From Haliotis cracherodii (Eukaryota): DNA of 64,000 bases. A model generated the notes under the pieces. It searched no databases. It was not told where the DNA came from and worked only from the letters and a program-made list of their open reading frames with translations. Position 1 is the stretch's first letter, and each line of letters opens with the position of its first letter. The stretch is taken from contig NW_027266297.1 of the NCBI RefSeq assembly GCF_022045235.1, forward strand, positions 682,001-746,000, in the 5' to 3' direction. Made by a program: the position numbers and the translations under genes. Below, piece by piece: positions 1 to 10,515 of this stretch.

Positions 1-514
1 TTTCATTCTGTGTGACATAGTAAGTGATGCCCTTGTTTCTTAAATAAGACCTTATTTTCTTATTATCAAATTCTCGCCCTTTATCTGATCGTATAATTTG
101 TGGCAGGGTAGCGCGGGAGAATATCTTCTTCAAGGCCTTAATGACCGCATCCGGTGTTTTATTTTTAAGGGGCTCGACCCACAGAAAACGTGTTAATACA
201 TTTATAGCTATGAGTAAGTATTTCACACCGTCATTGTCCGAGGCTATATTAGATACATCAGCCAAGTCAATATCCCATCGAGCATTGAGGCCTGAAGCCA
301 CCACTCTGTTCCGCTTGAACTTGTAGCTTAAAGGTCGCTGAAGCGAATAGGCATCTTGGGATGTCAACCACTTCTTTATGTGATGCAAACTAATATCAAA
401 TTTCCCCTCCTTTTTCACAATGTGATACAACTTAGTAGGGCAAGAAAAGGAGGCTGGGTGTTTGGGATTCAAATAAATACTAGACAAGTATGCTTTCCAT
501 CCGTCAGCAGGCAT
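1..514 (-). CDS. Polinton/Maverick-type retroviral-like (rve/DDE) integrase, N-terminal 171 codons, runs off the left window edge
   Basis: Hand translation from ATG at 514: MPADGWKAYLSSIYLNPKHPASFSCPTKLYHIVKKEGKFDISLHHIKKWLTSQDAYSLQRPLSYKFKRNRVVASGLNARWDIDLADVSNIASDNDGVKYLLIAINVLTRFLWVEPLKNKTPDAVIKALKKIFSRATLPQIIRSDKGREFDNKKIRSYLRNKGITYYVTQNE. The PxHPASF, WLxxQDAY, WxxDLAD, PLKNKT and SDKGxEF motifs are typical of Maverick c-integrases. No stop occurs in the window, so the ORF track omits it. Confidence 0.85.
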   Translation of the reverse strand, partial: MPADGWKAYLSSIYLNPKHPASFSCPTKLYHIVKKEGKFDISLHHIKKWLTSQDAYSLQRPLSYKFKRNRVVASGLNARWDIDLADVSNIASDNDGVKYLLIAINVLTRFLWVEPLKNKTPDAVIKALKKIFSRATLPQIIRSDKGREFDNKKIRSYLRNKGITYYVTQNE

Positions 515-1770
515 GGTTACACATGAAATGAAGCCTACACGATGTAAATAGAGCTTATATGTTTATCCACTACATAGCCTATCAAAACTACAGAGACGGG
601 CCTGGGTTACCTTGAATAACAAACGTGCTTGTGTGTTTATGTTAACCCGTGGATACAGCTGACTGCCTTCATTGTATACCGTCTGGCGACGTGACCTAGT
701 TCATCACACTGTTTAAAGTAACAAAACAATTCTCCTTTACCTATGCAACTAATGTAAACATAGAAGAACTGACTACATTGCTTCCTCACTATTCCAAAGG
801 ATTCCAAAGGAATTTCATACATACTATTCTACAGATTTTGATACTTATTAGTCCATGTTTGAATGTGTAACCGTTGATCTGTCTATAGCGCGGGGATTCC
901 CCTCCACACCTGGCAATCTCATTCGGGTCGTTTCCTGTGACGTCATCGTGCACCACCGGTGAAGTGATGTGGTTCTGTCAGTTAGTATTCATCATGCCAC
1001 GACTGACGGAGGCCAAAATTACACGATTACTGAATGGGAATTTTCACCTTAAGAAATAGACGACTCTTTGACCGAATATACCTGAAAGAAATAGGGTTTC
1101 TTTATAACAATCCTGCAGAAACCGGACTGCACTGTGTTCAACACAGTTGTGATCTCAAAGCATAAAATTCCTGGCAGGAATTGAACGTAATAGTTGCCAG
1201 CTTTGGGGGAGAATAGGTCCCCAGCAACTTTACTTATTGCCGTGGAGGGACTTAATTGATGAGCTTGTCAGGCCCAAACTCCACCTCGACATTACGGATT
1301 ATCTGTCAATTGTGAACAATGATGTACAGGAATCCTTAGATCCCCTTTAGAGCTTTTTGGTTATTCTCTAATAATTTTTAACCGTTAATTAGGTAGGCAT
1401 TAGATGCCATTGTAACATGCGTTAATGGAAATAAAAGCTACGAAACATTTCCACATTCATAAGAAAGCTCTACTATATAACGAACATGTGTAACAGTTTA
1501 TGAACTACTGTGAAATGGTGATATATACCAGCCAGGGGAATAGGTGAGCGTATCCTGCCCCACCGCTGGCACCCGTCACAAACACATGCAAAGGCAATTC
1601 AAATGTTCAACGGGAACATATGGCACAAGTCAAAATTGACAATTGCATCGGACATCATTTTTGTCACTGATGTGTCAAATTTAAAGGGAAAGTCGCACCT
1701 CTTCAAGTCTCGAGTTTGCTTTTGTATTTTTGAATCTTTATGCACATATCAAAATATGAGAACAGATAAA

Positions 1771-2106
1771 GCGTCCGCCCGGAGAGCGGAAGGTCCGGGG
1801 TTCGATCCCCGTCCGCGTCATACCAAAAGACGTTAAAAGATGGTACTTGTTGTTACCCTGTCCTGCGCTCGGCATTTGGGGCTAAAACAAGGACTGGTCG
1901 GCTCAGAATCAGGATACTGTGTCGGAGCGGGGTATTCATGTTAAACTGCGGCATGGTATCTCAGTGTGCTAGCACTATAAATCGGCATTCGTCCGGACTA
2001 GTACAAGCAGCCACACACACACGTGCATGCACGTCGCAATATAAGTGCAATAATCTTGGACGCGACGTTAAACCCAATTTCACCTCACCTCACCTCACCT
2101 CACCTC
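1771..2106 (+). mobile_element. 5'-truncated tRNA-derived SINE (central domain resembles molluscan Meta-type SINEs)
   Basis: B-box-like GGTTCGATCCC at ~1799, 3' tail GACGTTAAACCCAA plus (CACCT)n, and a 9-bp target-site duplication ACAGATAAA at 1762-1770 and 2107-2115. Family assignment is from recall, not a search. Confidence 0.75.
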
Positions 2107-2189
2107 ACAGATAAAACGACCTCATTGGTCCCCTAATTTCGTGTTCATTTGGTTATATCAGTGGAAGGGAATAGACTATTTGATGGTTA

Positions 2190-2440
2190 TTGTTTGTTTG
2201 TTTGCGCTCACCAATATCCCAGCTATATGACGGCGGTCTGTAAATAATCGAGTCTGGATCAGACAATCCAATGATTGACATCATGAGCATCGATTTAAGC
2301 AATTGGGATACGATGACAAGCATCAACCAAGTCAGCGAGCCTGACCACCCGATCCCGTTAGTCGCCTCTTACGACAAGCATAGTCGCCTTTTACGGCAAG
2401 CATTGGTTGCTTAAGATCTATTCTACCCAGGATCTTCCCT
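2190..2440 (-). mobile_element. Dispersed SINE-like repeat family A (non-tRNA head), copy 1
   Basis: Same ~250-bp sequence recurs at ~4822, 5655, 39180, 50027, 54183, 55356, 56505 and 57420; the family's sense strand ends in GCTGAGTGCGGCGTTAAACAACAA-like tail. Confidence 0.8.
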
Positions 2441-2526
2441 GACTATCATGGGAAATATAAAATAAACATGAATTCATCATGAAAGCGTCAAAACATTTAC
2501 ACGTCATCTCAGGCTGAAAGTAATGG

Positions 2527-2750
2527 GTGGTCACAGATGTTACATTTAGGATAACACTTTCTCAGTAAAGTACAGATTCTCTTTCTCAGTAAAGCAGAGA
2601 TTCTCGAACTTTGTGTGCTGGCGATAAGGTGCCTCACTCTGGCAGTGTGGGTTCGAATCCCGGACGGGACTCAACCCCCAAAAAGTACGAGAATCTGTAC
2701 TTTACTGAGAAAGTGTTATCGCAAATATAACATTTGTTACATTTGACCAC
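2527..2750. mobile_element. MITE-like element with ~45-bp terminal inverted repeats around a tRNA-like core
   Basis: GATAACACTTTCTCAGTAAAGTACAGATTCT (~2550-2580) is the reverse complement of AGAATCTGTACTTTACTGAGAAAGTGTTATC (~2690-2720); the core contains GGTTCGAATCCC. Confidence 0.7.
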
Positions 2751-2803
2751 TTTCTAAATGGCATTTTGTGTTCATAGTGTGGGGTCAGTTGTCAGTTCTC
2801 AAG

Positions 2804-4330
2804 TCAGTGTCCGGTATGCCCATCATTAGCAATGACACAAACTTGACACCGGCGCCGTATTGACGACACAAGCTGCTTGAGGAAGGCTTGTGGGATGTCA
2901 TTCCGGTTGGTTGGAAGTCGGCGTAAACCACGATTCATTTCATCCATGACGTCATGGTTGACAGATCTGGCGAAACAGCGGGCCAAGGAGTGTTTGGCAA
3001 TAAGGCTGTGAGCTGGCGAAACGGCAGGCCAAGGCGTGTTGGGCAATAAGGCTGTGAGCTGGCGAAACGGCAGGCCAAGGCGTGTTGGGCAATAAGGCTG
3101 TGAGCTGGCGAAACGGCGGGCCAAGGCGTGTTGGGCAATAAGGCTGTGAGCTGGCGAAACGGCAGGCCAAGGCGTGTTGGGCAATAAGGCTGTGAGCTGG
3201 CGAAACGGCGGGCCAAGGCGTGTTGGGCAATAAGGCTGTGAGCTGGCGAAACGGCAGGCCAAGGCGTGTTGGGCAATAAGGCTGTGAGCTGGCGAAACAG
3301 CGGGCCAAGGCGTGTTGGGCAATAAGGCTGTGAGCTGGCGAAACGGCAGGCCAAGGCGTGTTGGGCAATAAGGCTGTGACCACACGTGTAAGGTCCTGCT
3401 GTAACGTCATGTGACGCCCATGGGCTTAATGACCGAGCGGATGTGCGGACGGATACTTCGTCATGGTACCGTACACCTGTTAAATTGCTATCGATGACCA
3501 CTAGAGGGGTCATGTGATGTGCAGTGATGCCTCCCAACACCATGACGCATCCACCACCGAATGCAACAATCTATGCGGAAGAACACACGCATCAGCATAA
3601 CGTCGTGGGACATCCAACGTCGATAAACACGCTAACGGCCACCACTGCTGTCAAGATGAAACCAGGGCCACGTTCCACAATGCGACCATAGCACTTGGCT
3701 GGCCGTAAGTCTATGTTAAAGTATTGGAGTCACGATCGTCGTAGGCTAAGAATGATTTGTGGAACGGCACCCAGGAGTCGTCTGTGAAGAAGCCTGACTA
3801 ACCTCCATTGTAGTCCTGTAACCTCAGATGTTGTCTCGACCAAGCCAGCAGTTCCGTGTGACCTGGCAGCAAAATTGGACGTCGTGGTCGGGTGTTGCGC
3901 TCTCGTGATCCGCGCAGTCCTTGCACGAATCGGACGGAAGCCAGGATGCTGCGGGTATGATAATGTTGCCGACGTGACGTTACCGGTGGAGCTCCAGAAC
4001 GAGGTCGTTCCCTGGCGTTGCCAGTCTGTTGGTACCGACCCCAGAGTGACTACATGGTGTTACCATAGAAACCAAAACGTCTTACAGCAACTGTTTGTGC
4101 ACTTCCAATTTCAAGCAGATTTCAATTGCACGCAACCGCTCATCTTCAGATGGGAGTTGCACAACCGCTACCATGTTTGGCCATCAACAAAGTGAAAGTT
4201 GCTTTTCACAATTAAAACACTTCAACGATTTATTTTGTTTGAATTGACTGCCCCTGTGTACAGTGATGTGTGATCTGGTTAACATGCAGAATTCTGATAA
4301 AACCAAGGCAATTTCCATTTCATGTGTGTT
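2804..4330 (-). pseudogene. Degenerate Tc1/mariner transposase (transposon remnant)
   Basis: Fragments MVLGGITAHHMTPLVVIDSNLTGVRYHDEV, WPAVSPDLS and LVSSIRRRCQVCVIANDGHTGH match Tc1 DDE-domain and C-terminal motifs; frameshifted. Outer ends are approximate. Confidence 0.75.
2968..3378. repeat. 46-bp minisatellite (~9 copies) amplified from inside the Tc1 transposase
   Basis: Unit GGCGAAACGGCAGGCCAAGGCGTGTTGGGCAATAAGGCTGTGAGCT, period 46 (3015 to 3061); encodes TALLPNTPWPAVSP on the - strand. Confidence 0.95.
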
Positions 4331-4821
4331 TGATTATAATGCACAGAATTTTGTTCCGATGGTATATGTACTTCGCTGTTGACGGGAACCAGTAGAAAGA
4401 TGATCAGGGAACACATGTGTACAAGTTCCTGTGACATATTGTATTTCCTCTGAGCCAAGATAAGGACATAAAATTATACTGTCTGTCAATTGGTGGTGGT
4501 GCCACATTCTAAAAAAGCACAATCATCTACATAGGTGATACTATCATCTATACGTACGTAGATGAATTTGAGAATGTGTCACCATTCCGCTTCCATACTT
4601 TTCATTAGTGAATGTAGCCAATGCAGCACTGTTGTTGAAATATTAAGCGCCGGGTATATTACCTGCCGAATTTGGAAGCTTGTTCATAGAACAAGACCGC
4701 CGAGGCGCCTGTTAGGGGAAATACGGTAATCTTCTGATTCTGCTGTTTATATATTTAGTCACAAATTGCACTTTAAAAAGTGTCGGTCTCAAATACCCGG
4801 GGTCATAGGTGCGCGTGCTTT

Positions 4822-4915
4822 CAGTCACAGGTTTGTCTGGACCAGACTCGATGATTCACAGACCGCCGTTATGTTGCTGATCGACTGCTGAGTGTGGCAT
4901 ACAACAACAAACAAA
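4822..4915 (+). mobile_element. Repeat family A, 3' fragment
   Basis: TTGTCTGGACCAGACTCGATGATTCACAGACCGCCG...GCTGAGTGTGGCATACAACAACAAACAAA matches the family tail. Confidence 0.65.
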
Positions 4916-5139
4916 AATGTTCATCTGCAAGCGCGGATAGTATTCAAGTACACCTATATGATTCCAGAAACAATTTTTATCTGATTAATTGTGAAGTGTA
5001 ACAACATTCCCTCCATCTTTAGGAAGTAATCAATATGTAGATCTAGTCTGGACAATGTTTATTAACAACTGGAAGAAGTAAGAATAATTTTCCTGACTAA
5101 ACACGAATACACCTGATGAACCCCATTCTACTCAGGATA

Positions 5140-5362
5140 GAACGAAGATTGTCACGTGCTGACTTTAACGGGATCGTCCATGTTTTGATCATGTGATTAA
5201 GGGCTTAAACTTGATTGGTTAGTACGGATCACATGGTCGGCAACCATGATAGTTTACAATATGTCTGCCGTAGCACTAAAAAACTACAGGAAGCTATGTG
5301 ATTTATGATTTTTATACCCGCTTGGAAAAGGAATACCTTGCAGACATGTTGATTACATTTAG
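5140..5362 (+). promoter_or_regulatory. Candidate AGBL5 promoter and non-coding first exon
   Basis: Unique, non-repeat sequence with GTCACGTG (5151), ATCATGTGAT (5188), inverted CCAAT (5214), an RFX-like half site GGCAAC (~5239) and a donor AG|GTATGT at 5362/5363. The ATG exon at 10408 starts with an acceptor, so an upstream exon is required. The location is inference. Confidence 0.3.
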
Positions 5363-5654
5363 GTATGTTTTAGTCACATACTCGAACGATATTATTTGTG
5401 AAATGAGAGTTTTCCTGTTCGTACTGACAAGTCTGAATCCGTCCATAAACATGATTCGTTTCAACTTGTCAGAAGCACCTTTTGAGGTTTGTACCGGTGG
5501 ATTGGAAAAAGTCAGCTGATAGAGTGTTGTAGTAGTGCTGACAACTTACTTCATGAAGTAATTTCTTTATCGACTGTATGTCACTTTGCATAACTGCGAA
5601 ATTACGAACCCATCTCTTATATTTTGTGTCATCTAGATTGTTCCTGATAGTGTA

Positions 5655-6066
5655 GTTTGTTGTTACGCCGCACTCAGCAATATTCCAACTGTGTGATGGC
5701 GGTCTGTAAATAATAGAGTTCTGACCATACAAACCAGTGATGGACATCATGAGCATCGATCTATGCAATTTGGATACAATGATATGCATGAACCAAGTCA
5801 GCGAGCCTGACCACACAATCCCATTAGTCGCCCCTTACAACAGCATGCAGGGTCCACTCTAGGAATTTTCTGACGTTGGCCCTTTATGTGAAAATTGTAA
5901 ATATTCCAGAGGTACGCCCATACATCACAATGTTAAATTAGCCCATTGTATTTGAAAATATGGGCCTTTTTTCAATTTTAGGGGCTATAAGCACAAGGCC
6001 CCACCCTAGAATTATCCGTGAGCATGGGTTTCTGAAGACCAATTCTAACCCGGAATCTTCACGGGA
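5655..6066 (-). mobile_element. Repeat family A copy interrupted by a nested insertion
   Basis: Family sequence stops at 5847 and resumes at 6021. Confidence 0.8.
5848..6020. mobile_element. 173-bp MITE-like insertion with 6-bp TSD AGCATG
   Basis: AGCATG at 5842-5847 and 6021-6026; imperfect TIRs CAGGGTCCACTCTAG / CTAGAATTATCCGTG. Confidence 0.65.
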
Positions 6067-7412
6067 CTTAAATGCCTTTTGTTCAAGGTTTGGATACCAG
6101 CCACATTACTGCTCACCGTTGATAATAATGCATATTTATAATGTGCCTGATCCATATCCTAGAATGTACTCATAACGCTACACAAAGAACTAGACTGGAC
6201 AATGTCTAGTTGAGGCAGTGGAGAGTAAGGAGGTGTGTTTGCAGTCTGGACCTTGTATTGTTGTTGATCAGTGTTCCATAGAACTGTGTCAATGTGGGAA
6301 AATGATGCTAAGTGCCTGAAAAGTCCAAATCCAGAGGTCTTCCAGCACGCTGAACTGTTCATGCTTGTATAGGACCATGAACAGTTTTATTGAAGGACCA
6401 AGTTTATTTTGTCAGTGCCAGCGTTTGTTTTTCCAGGTTTGTTGCAGGTATTGAACTATTTCGTTATCATGTCATAGTCAGATAAACGATAATATGTGAA
6501 GAAATATTTCACATGAATTTTTCTCAATAGATGAGCACATTTGATCATGTTTACCATGTTTAGTATAATAAAAAAAAATATGTTTGACACAGTTTGGTAA
6601 GTAGTTGAACTGTTTACCGGATGTTAACATCATTAAGAACCACATAAATGCATTTCAATAAGTGCTCCTATCTAACCACGTTAACTTGTCTAAAACAGCA
6701 TGATGCCACACTTTTTTTTATTTTATGTTTCACGGATCTATTCCAGTTTTTTCCACACAAGGTCAGTCGAAATAAAAATAAAAATAAATAGCTATGCCAA
6801 TCATTTAAATATTTATATGAAAGTCATTCTGCCGTGAAGTTAAGACTGCAGCTGGTTCTTGAATCCTGGATAGTAGTGGAGACATGGAATTTATATATAA
6901 CATTTTGTGTTGTATAAGACTAAAGAGGGTTAATATTACTATCGGGAGACATAATAAAAATACATCTTTTTATGTTTAATTTATTTCTTTTCCAGCTGCT
7001 TTTCAGTAGCCACAGCAGGCCCATGAAACAGTAAATTAAAATGCGTGGCCTGATGTTGTATTTCCCATGTACAACAACATGTACAACAACATGTACAACA
7101 ACATGTACAAAATCATGAACAAGATCCTTTGTTGCAGCTGCTTCAACAATGTTGACAGTTTTTGGGGATGTGCCGTAGTGTCTTGATTGCACAATGGCAT
7201 GATGCTGTTTGTAACGTCTGCATTACCAACAGCACAGCATTCTTTTCCCATCTACCTACTGTAGTGTTCTGTAAGGTAAGTACTTCTGGGACATGCTGCT
7301 TGTCATGTCATTCTTCATTAATGTAGTGATCATGTAGTCAGGCCAATGTCAGAATATTTCTAGAGTGAACCCTGTATTCTGAATAATCAAAGGCAAAGTC
7401 CTAAGTAGAATG

Positions 7413-9503
7413 TCCCACAGTCCTATATAATCCAGGTTGTCCTAACATGTGGTGATCCCACAGTCTTCTATAATCCAGGTTGTCCTACCATGTGGTGATC
7501 CCACAGTCCTATATAATCCAGGTTGTCCTAACATGTGGTGATCCCATAGTCTTCTGTAATCAAGGTTGTCCTAACATGTGGTGATCCCACAGTCTTCTGT
7601 AATCAAGGTTGTCCTAACATGTGGTGATCCCACAGTCTTCTATAATCCAGGTTGTCCTAACATGTGGTGATCCCACAGTCTTCTGTAATCCAGGTTGTCC
7701 TAACATGTGGTGATCCCACAGTCTTCTGTAATCCATGTTGTCCTAACATGTGGTGATCCCACAGCCTTCTATAATCCAGGTAGTCCTAACATGTGGTGAT
7801 TCCACAGTCCTATATAATCCAGGTTGTCCTAACATGTGGTGATCCCACAGTCCTATATAATCCAGGTTGTCCTAACATGTGGTGATCCCACAGTCTTCTG
7901 TAATCCAGGTTCTCCTAACGTGGTGATCCCACAGTCTTCTGTAATCCAGGTTGTCCTAACATGTGATGATCTCACAGTCTTCTGTAATCCAGGTTGTCCT
8001 AACATGTGGTGATCCCACAGTATTCTATAATCCAGGTTGTCCTAACATGTAGTGATCCCACAGTCTTCTATAATCCAGGTTGTCCTAACATGTGGTGATC
8101 CCACAGTCTTCTATAATCCAGGTTGTCTTAACATGTGGTGATCCCACAGTCTTCTGTAATCCAGGTTGTCCTAACATGTGGGGATCCCACAGTCTTCTAT
8201 AATCCATGTTGTCCTAACATGTGGTGATCCCACAGTCTTCTGTAATCCAGGTTGTCCTAACGTGGTTATCCCACAGTCCTCTGTAATCCAGGTTGTCCTA
8301 ACATGTGGTGATCCCACAGTCTTCTGTAATCCAGGTTGTCCTAACGTGGTGATCCCACAGTCTTCTGTAATCCAGGTTGTCCTAACATGTGGTGATCCCA
8401 CAGTCTTCTGTAATCCATGTTGTCCTAACATGTGGTGATCCCACAGTATTCTATAATCCAGGTTGTCCTAACATGTGGTGATCCCACAGTCTTCTATAAT
8501 CCAGGTTGTCCTAACATATGGTGATCCCACAGTCTTCTGTAATCCAGGTTGTCCTAACATGTGGGGATCCAACAGTCTTCTGTAATCCAGATTTTCCTAA
8601 CATGTGGTGATCCCACAGTCTTCTGTAATCCAGGTTGTCCTAACGTTGTGATCCCACAGTCTTCTGTAATCCAGGTTGTCCTAACATGTGGTGATCCCAC
8701 AGTATTCTATAATCCAGGTTGTCCTAATATGTAGTGATCCCACAGTCTTCTGTAATCCATGTTGTCCTAACATGTGGTGATCCCACAGTTTTCTGTAATC
8801 CAGGTTGTCCTAACATGTGGTGATCCCACAGTCTTCTGTAATCCAGGTTGTCCTAACACGTGGTGATCCCACAGTCTTCTGTAATCCAGGTTGTCCTAAC
8901 ATGTGGTGATCCCACAGTATTCTATAATCCAGGTTGTCCTAACATGTGGTGATCCCACAGTCTTCTATAATCCAGGTTGTCCTAACATGTGGTGATCCCA
9001 CAGTCTTCTGTAATCCAGGTTGTCCTAACATGTGGGGATCCAACAGTCTTCTGTAATCCAGATTTTCCTAACATGTGGTGATCCCACAGTCTTCTGTAAT
9101 CCATGTTGTCCTAACATGTGGTGATCCCACAGTCTTCTGTAATCCAGGTAGTCCTAACATGTGGTGATTCCACAGTCCTATATAATCCAGGTTGTCCTAA
9201 CATGTGGTGATCCCACAGTCCTATATAATCCAGGTTGTCCTAACATGTGGTGATCCCACAGTCTTCTGTAATCCAGGTTGTCCTAACATGTGGTGATCCC
9301 ACAGTCTTCTGTAATCCAGGTTGTCCTAACATGTGGGGATCCCACAGTCTTCTGTAATCCAGGTTGTCCTAACATGTGGGGATCCCACAGTACTCTATAA
9401 TCCAGGTTGTCCTAACATGTGGTGATCCCACAGTCTTCTATAATCCAGGTTGTCCTAACATGTGGTGATCCCACAGTCTTCTGTAATCCAGGTTGTCCTA
9501 ACA
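7413..9503. repeat. 43-bp minisatellite, ~48 copies
   Basis: Unit CCCACAGTCTTCTGTAATCCAGGTTGTCCTAACATGTGGTGAT. Confidence 0.97.
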
Positions 9504-9900
9504 CTAGTTGATGTGTCTGTAACCAGCCAGGCTAAATGTGCTGGGAACAATTCAAATTTCAGTGATGGTATGGTAGTCCACTGTTAACCATTGAGCATGT
9601 TGATGACTATCATTCTTGATTAGATCTCAGTGCTTTGATTTTAAATAAATAACATTTCGAGCAAATCAGTCTGGCAAGACTAGCTATAAACTCTGAGGAT
9701 TAGTTGAATAGGTTTTTAAATTAGCCCTTTGGACCTAAAATATCTGGGGCTGTGTAACCATGCCCCTCCTCAGCTCTATAAGTTGTCCCCAGTTTCTCCT
9801 GCTAGTTGTAAGTCATGTGGTTGTGTTATTCTACTGTGTACCTCAACAACATGGATCCGTGATGATTCTTTCAGTCTCCAGCCACTCAGTTATTGCAGGC

Positions 9901-10337
9901 TTTTTGTCACGAAGTGGAAGGGGGAAAAAGGAATGGGTGCCATCCGTCCGTCCGTCCGTCCTTCACGTTTCATTTTCAGAGCAGGCCTCAAAAAGCATGA
10001 GAGATATCACATAGATAGGTCTCGTCGTGAACTGGTGCCTTCTCAGTGTAAGGATTTTAGTAAAATTGATTTTTCAAGTTTACACGGACTGAATTTGACT
10101 TAGACTGAAAATAGTGGTGGTGCTTCTCTCCGGAGCAGATCTTGAAAACTGTAAATATTTCTTCAACAAACTGAGCACATAGATAGGTCTAGTGATGAAC
10201 AGGCTCTGTGGTTTCTTTTTATAGTTAGGGTTTTTTTTTTCCCAAAATTATTTTTCTTAGCTTTGAGTTAGGGGCTCATGCTTTTTGACGACCTGACATG
10301 TCATATTGGCGGGGGATATGAGTATTTCGTGCTTGTT
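9901..10337 (+). mobile_element. HINE-like (Helentron-associated non-autonomous) element
   Basis: T-run 5' end, short subterminal inverted motif CACGAA/TTCGTG, (TCCG)n microsatellite at ~9943-9961, an internally repeated CATAGATAGGTCT block and a CTTGTT 3' end. Confidence 0.5.
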
Positions 10338-10415
10338 TTAGTTGGAGTATTTCTGACAACTGCATTAAACACCCTTCAGTTCATGTTGTCTCTCTGTTTG
10401 TCTGCAGCGGGTAAC

Positions 10416-10515
10416 ATGGAGAGTCGTGTTGGAGGACTACTGTTTACGTCAAAGTTCGACTCCGGCAACCTCACCTGTGTGGAAAAAGTTGTCAGGGAAG
10501 ATGAAGATGAATCAA
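10416..10515 (+). CDS. AGBL5: AGBL5 coding exon 1 ([19 protein letters not shown]...)
   Basis: Acceptor TCTGCAG ends 10407, ATG at 10416, donor A|GTAAGT. Confidence 0.93.

Noticed and set aside
7138-7275. Possible non-coding AGBL5 5' UTR exon (TTGCAG|...AAG|GTAAGT)
   Set aside because: Good splice signals but no way to confirm from sequence alone.
7413-9503. CRISPR-like regular arrays (here and at other 30-45 bp repeats)
   Set aside because: Units are head-to-tail with no unique spacers, there are no cas genes, and the context is eukaryotic intron or intergenic DNA.
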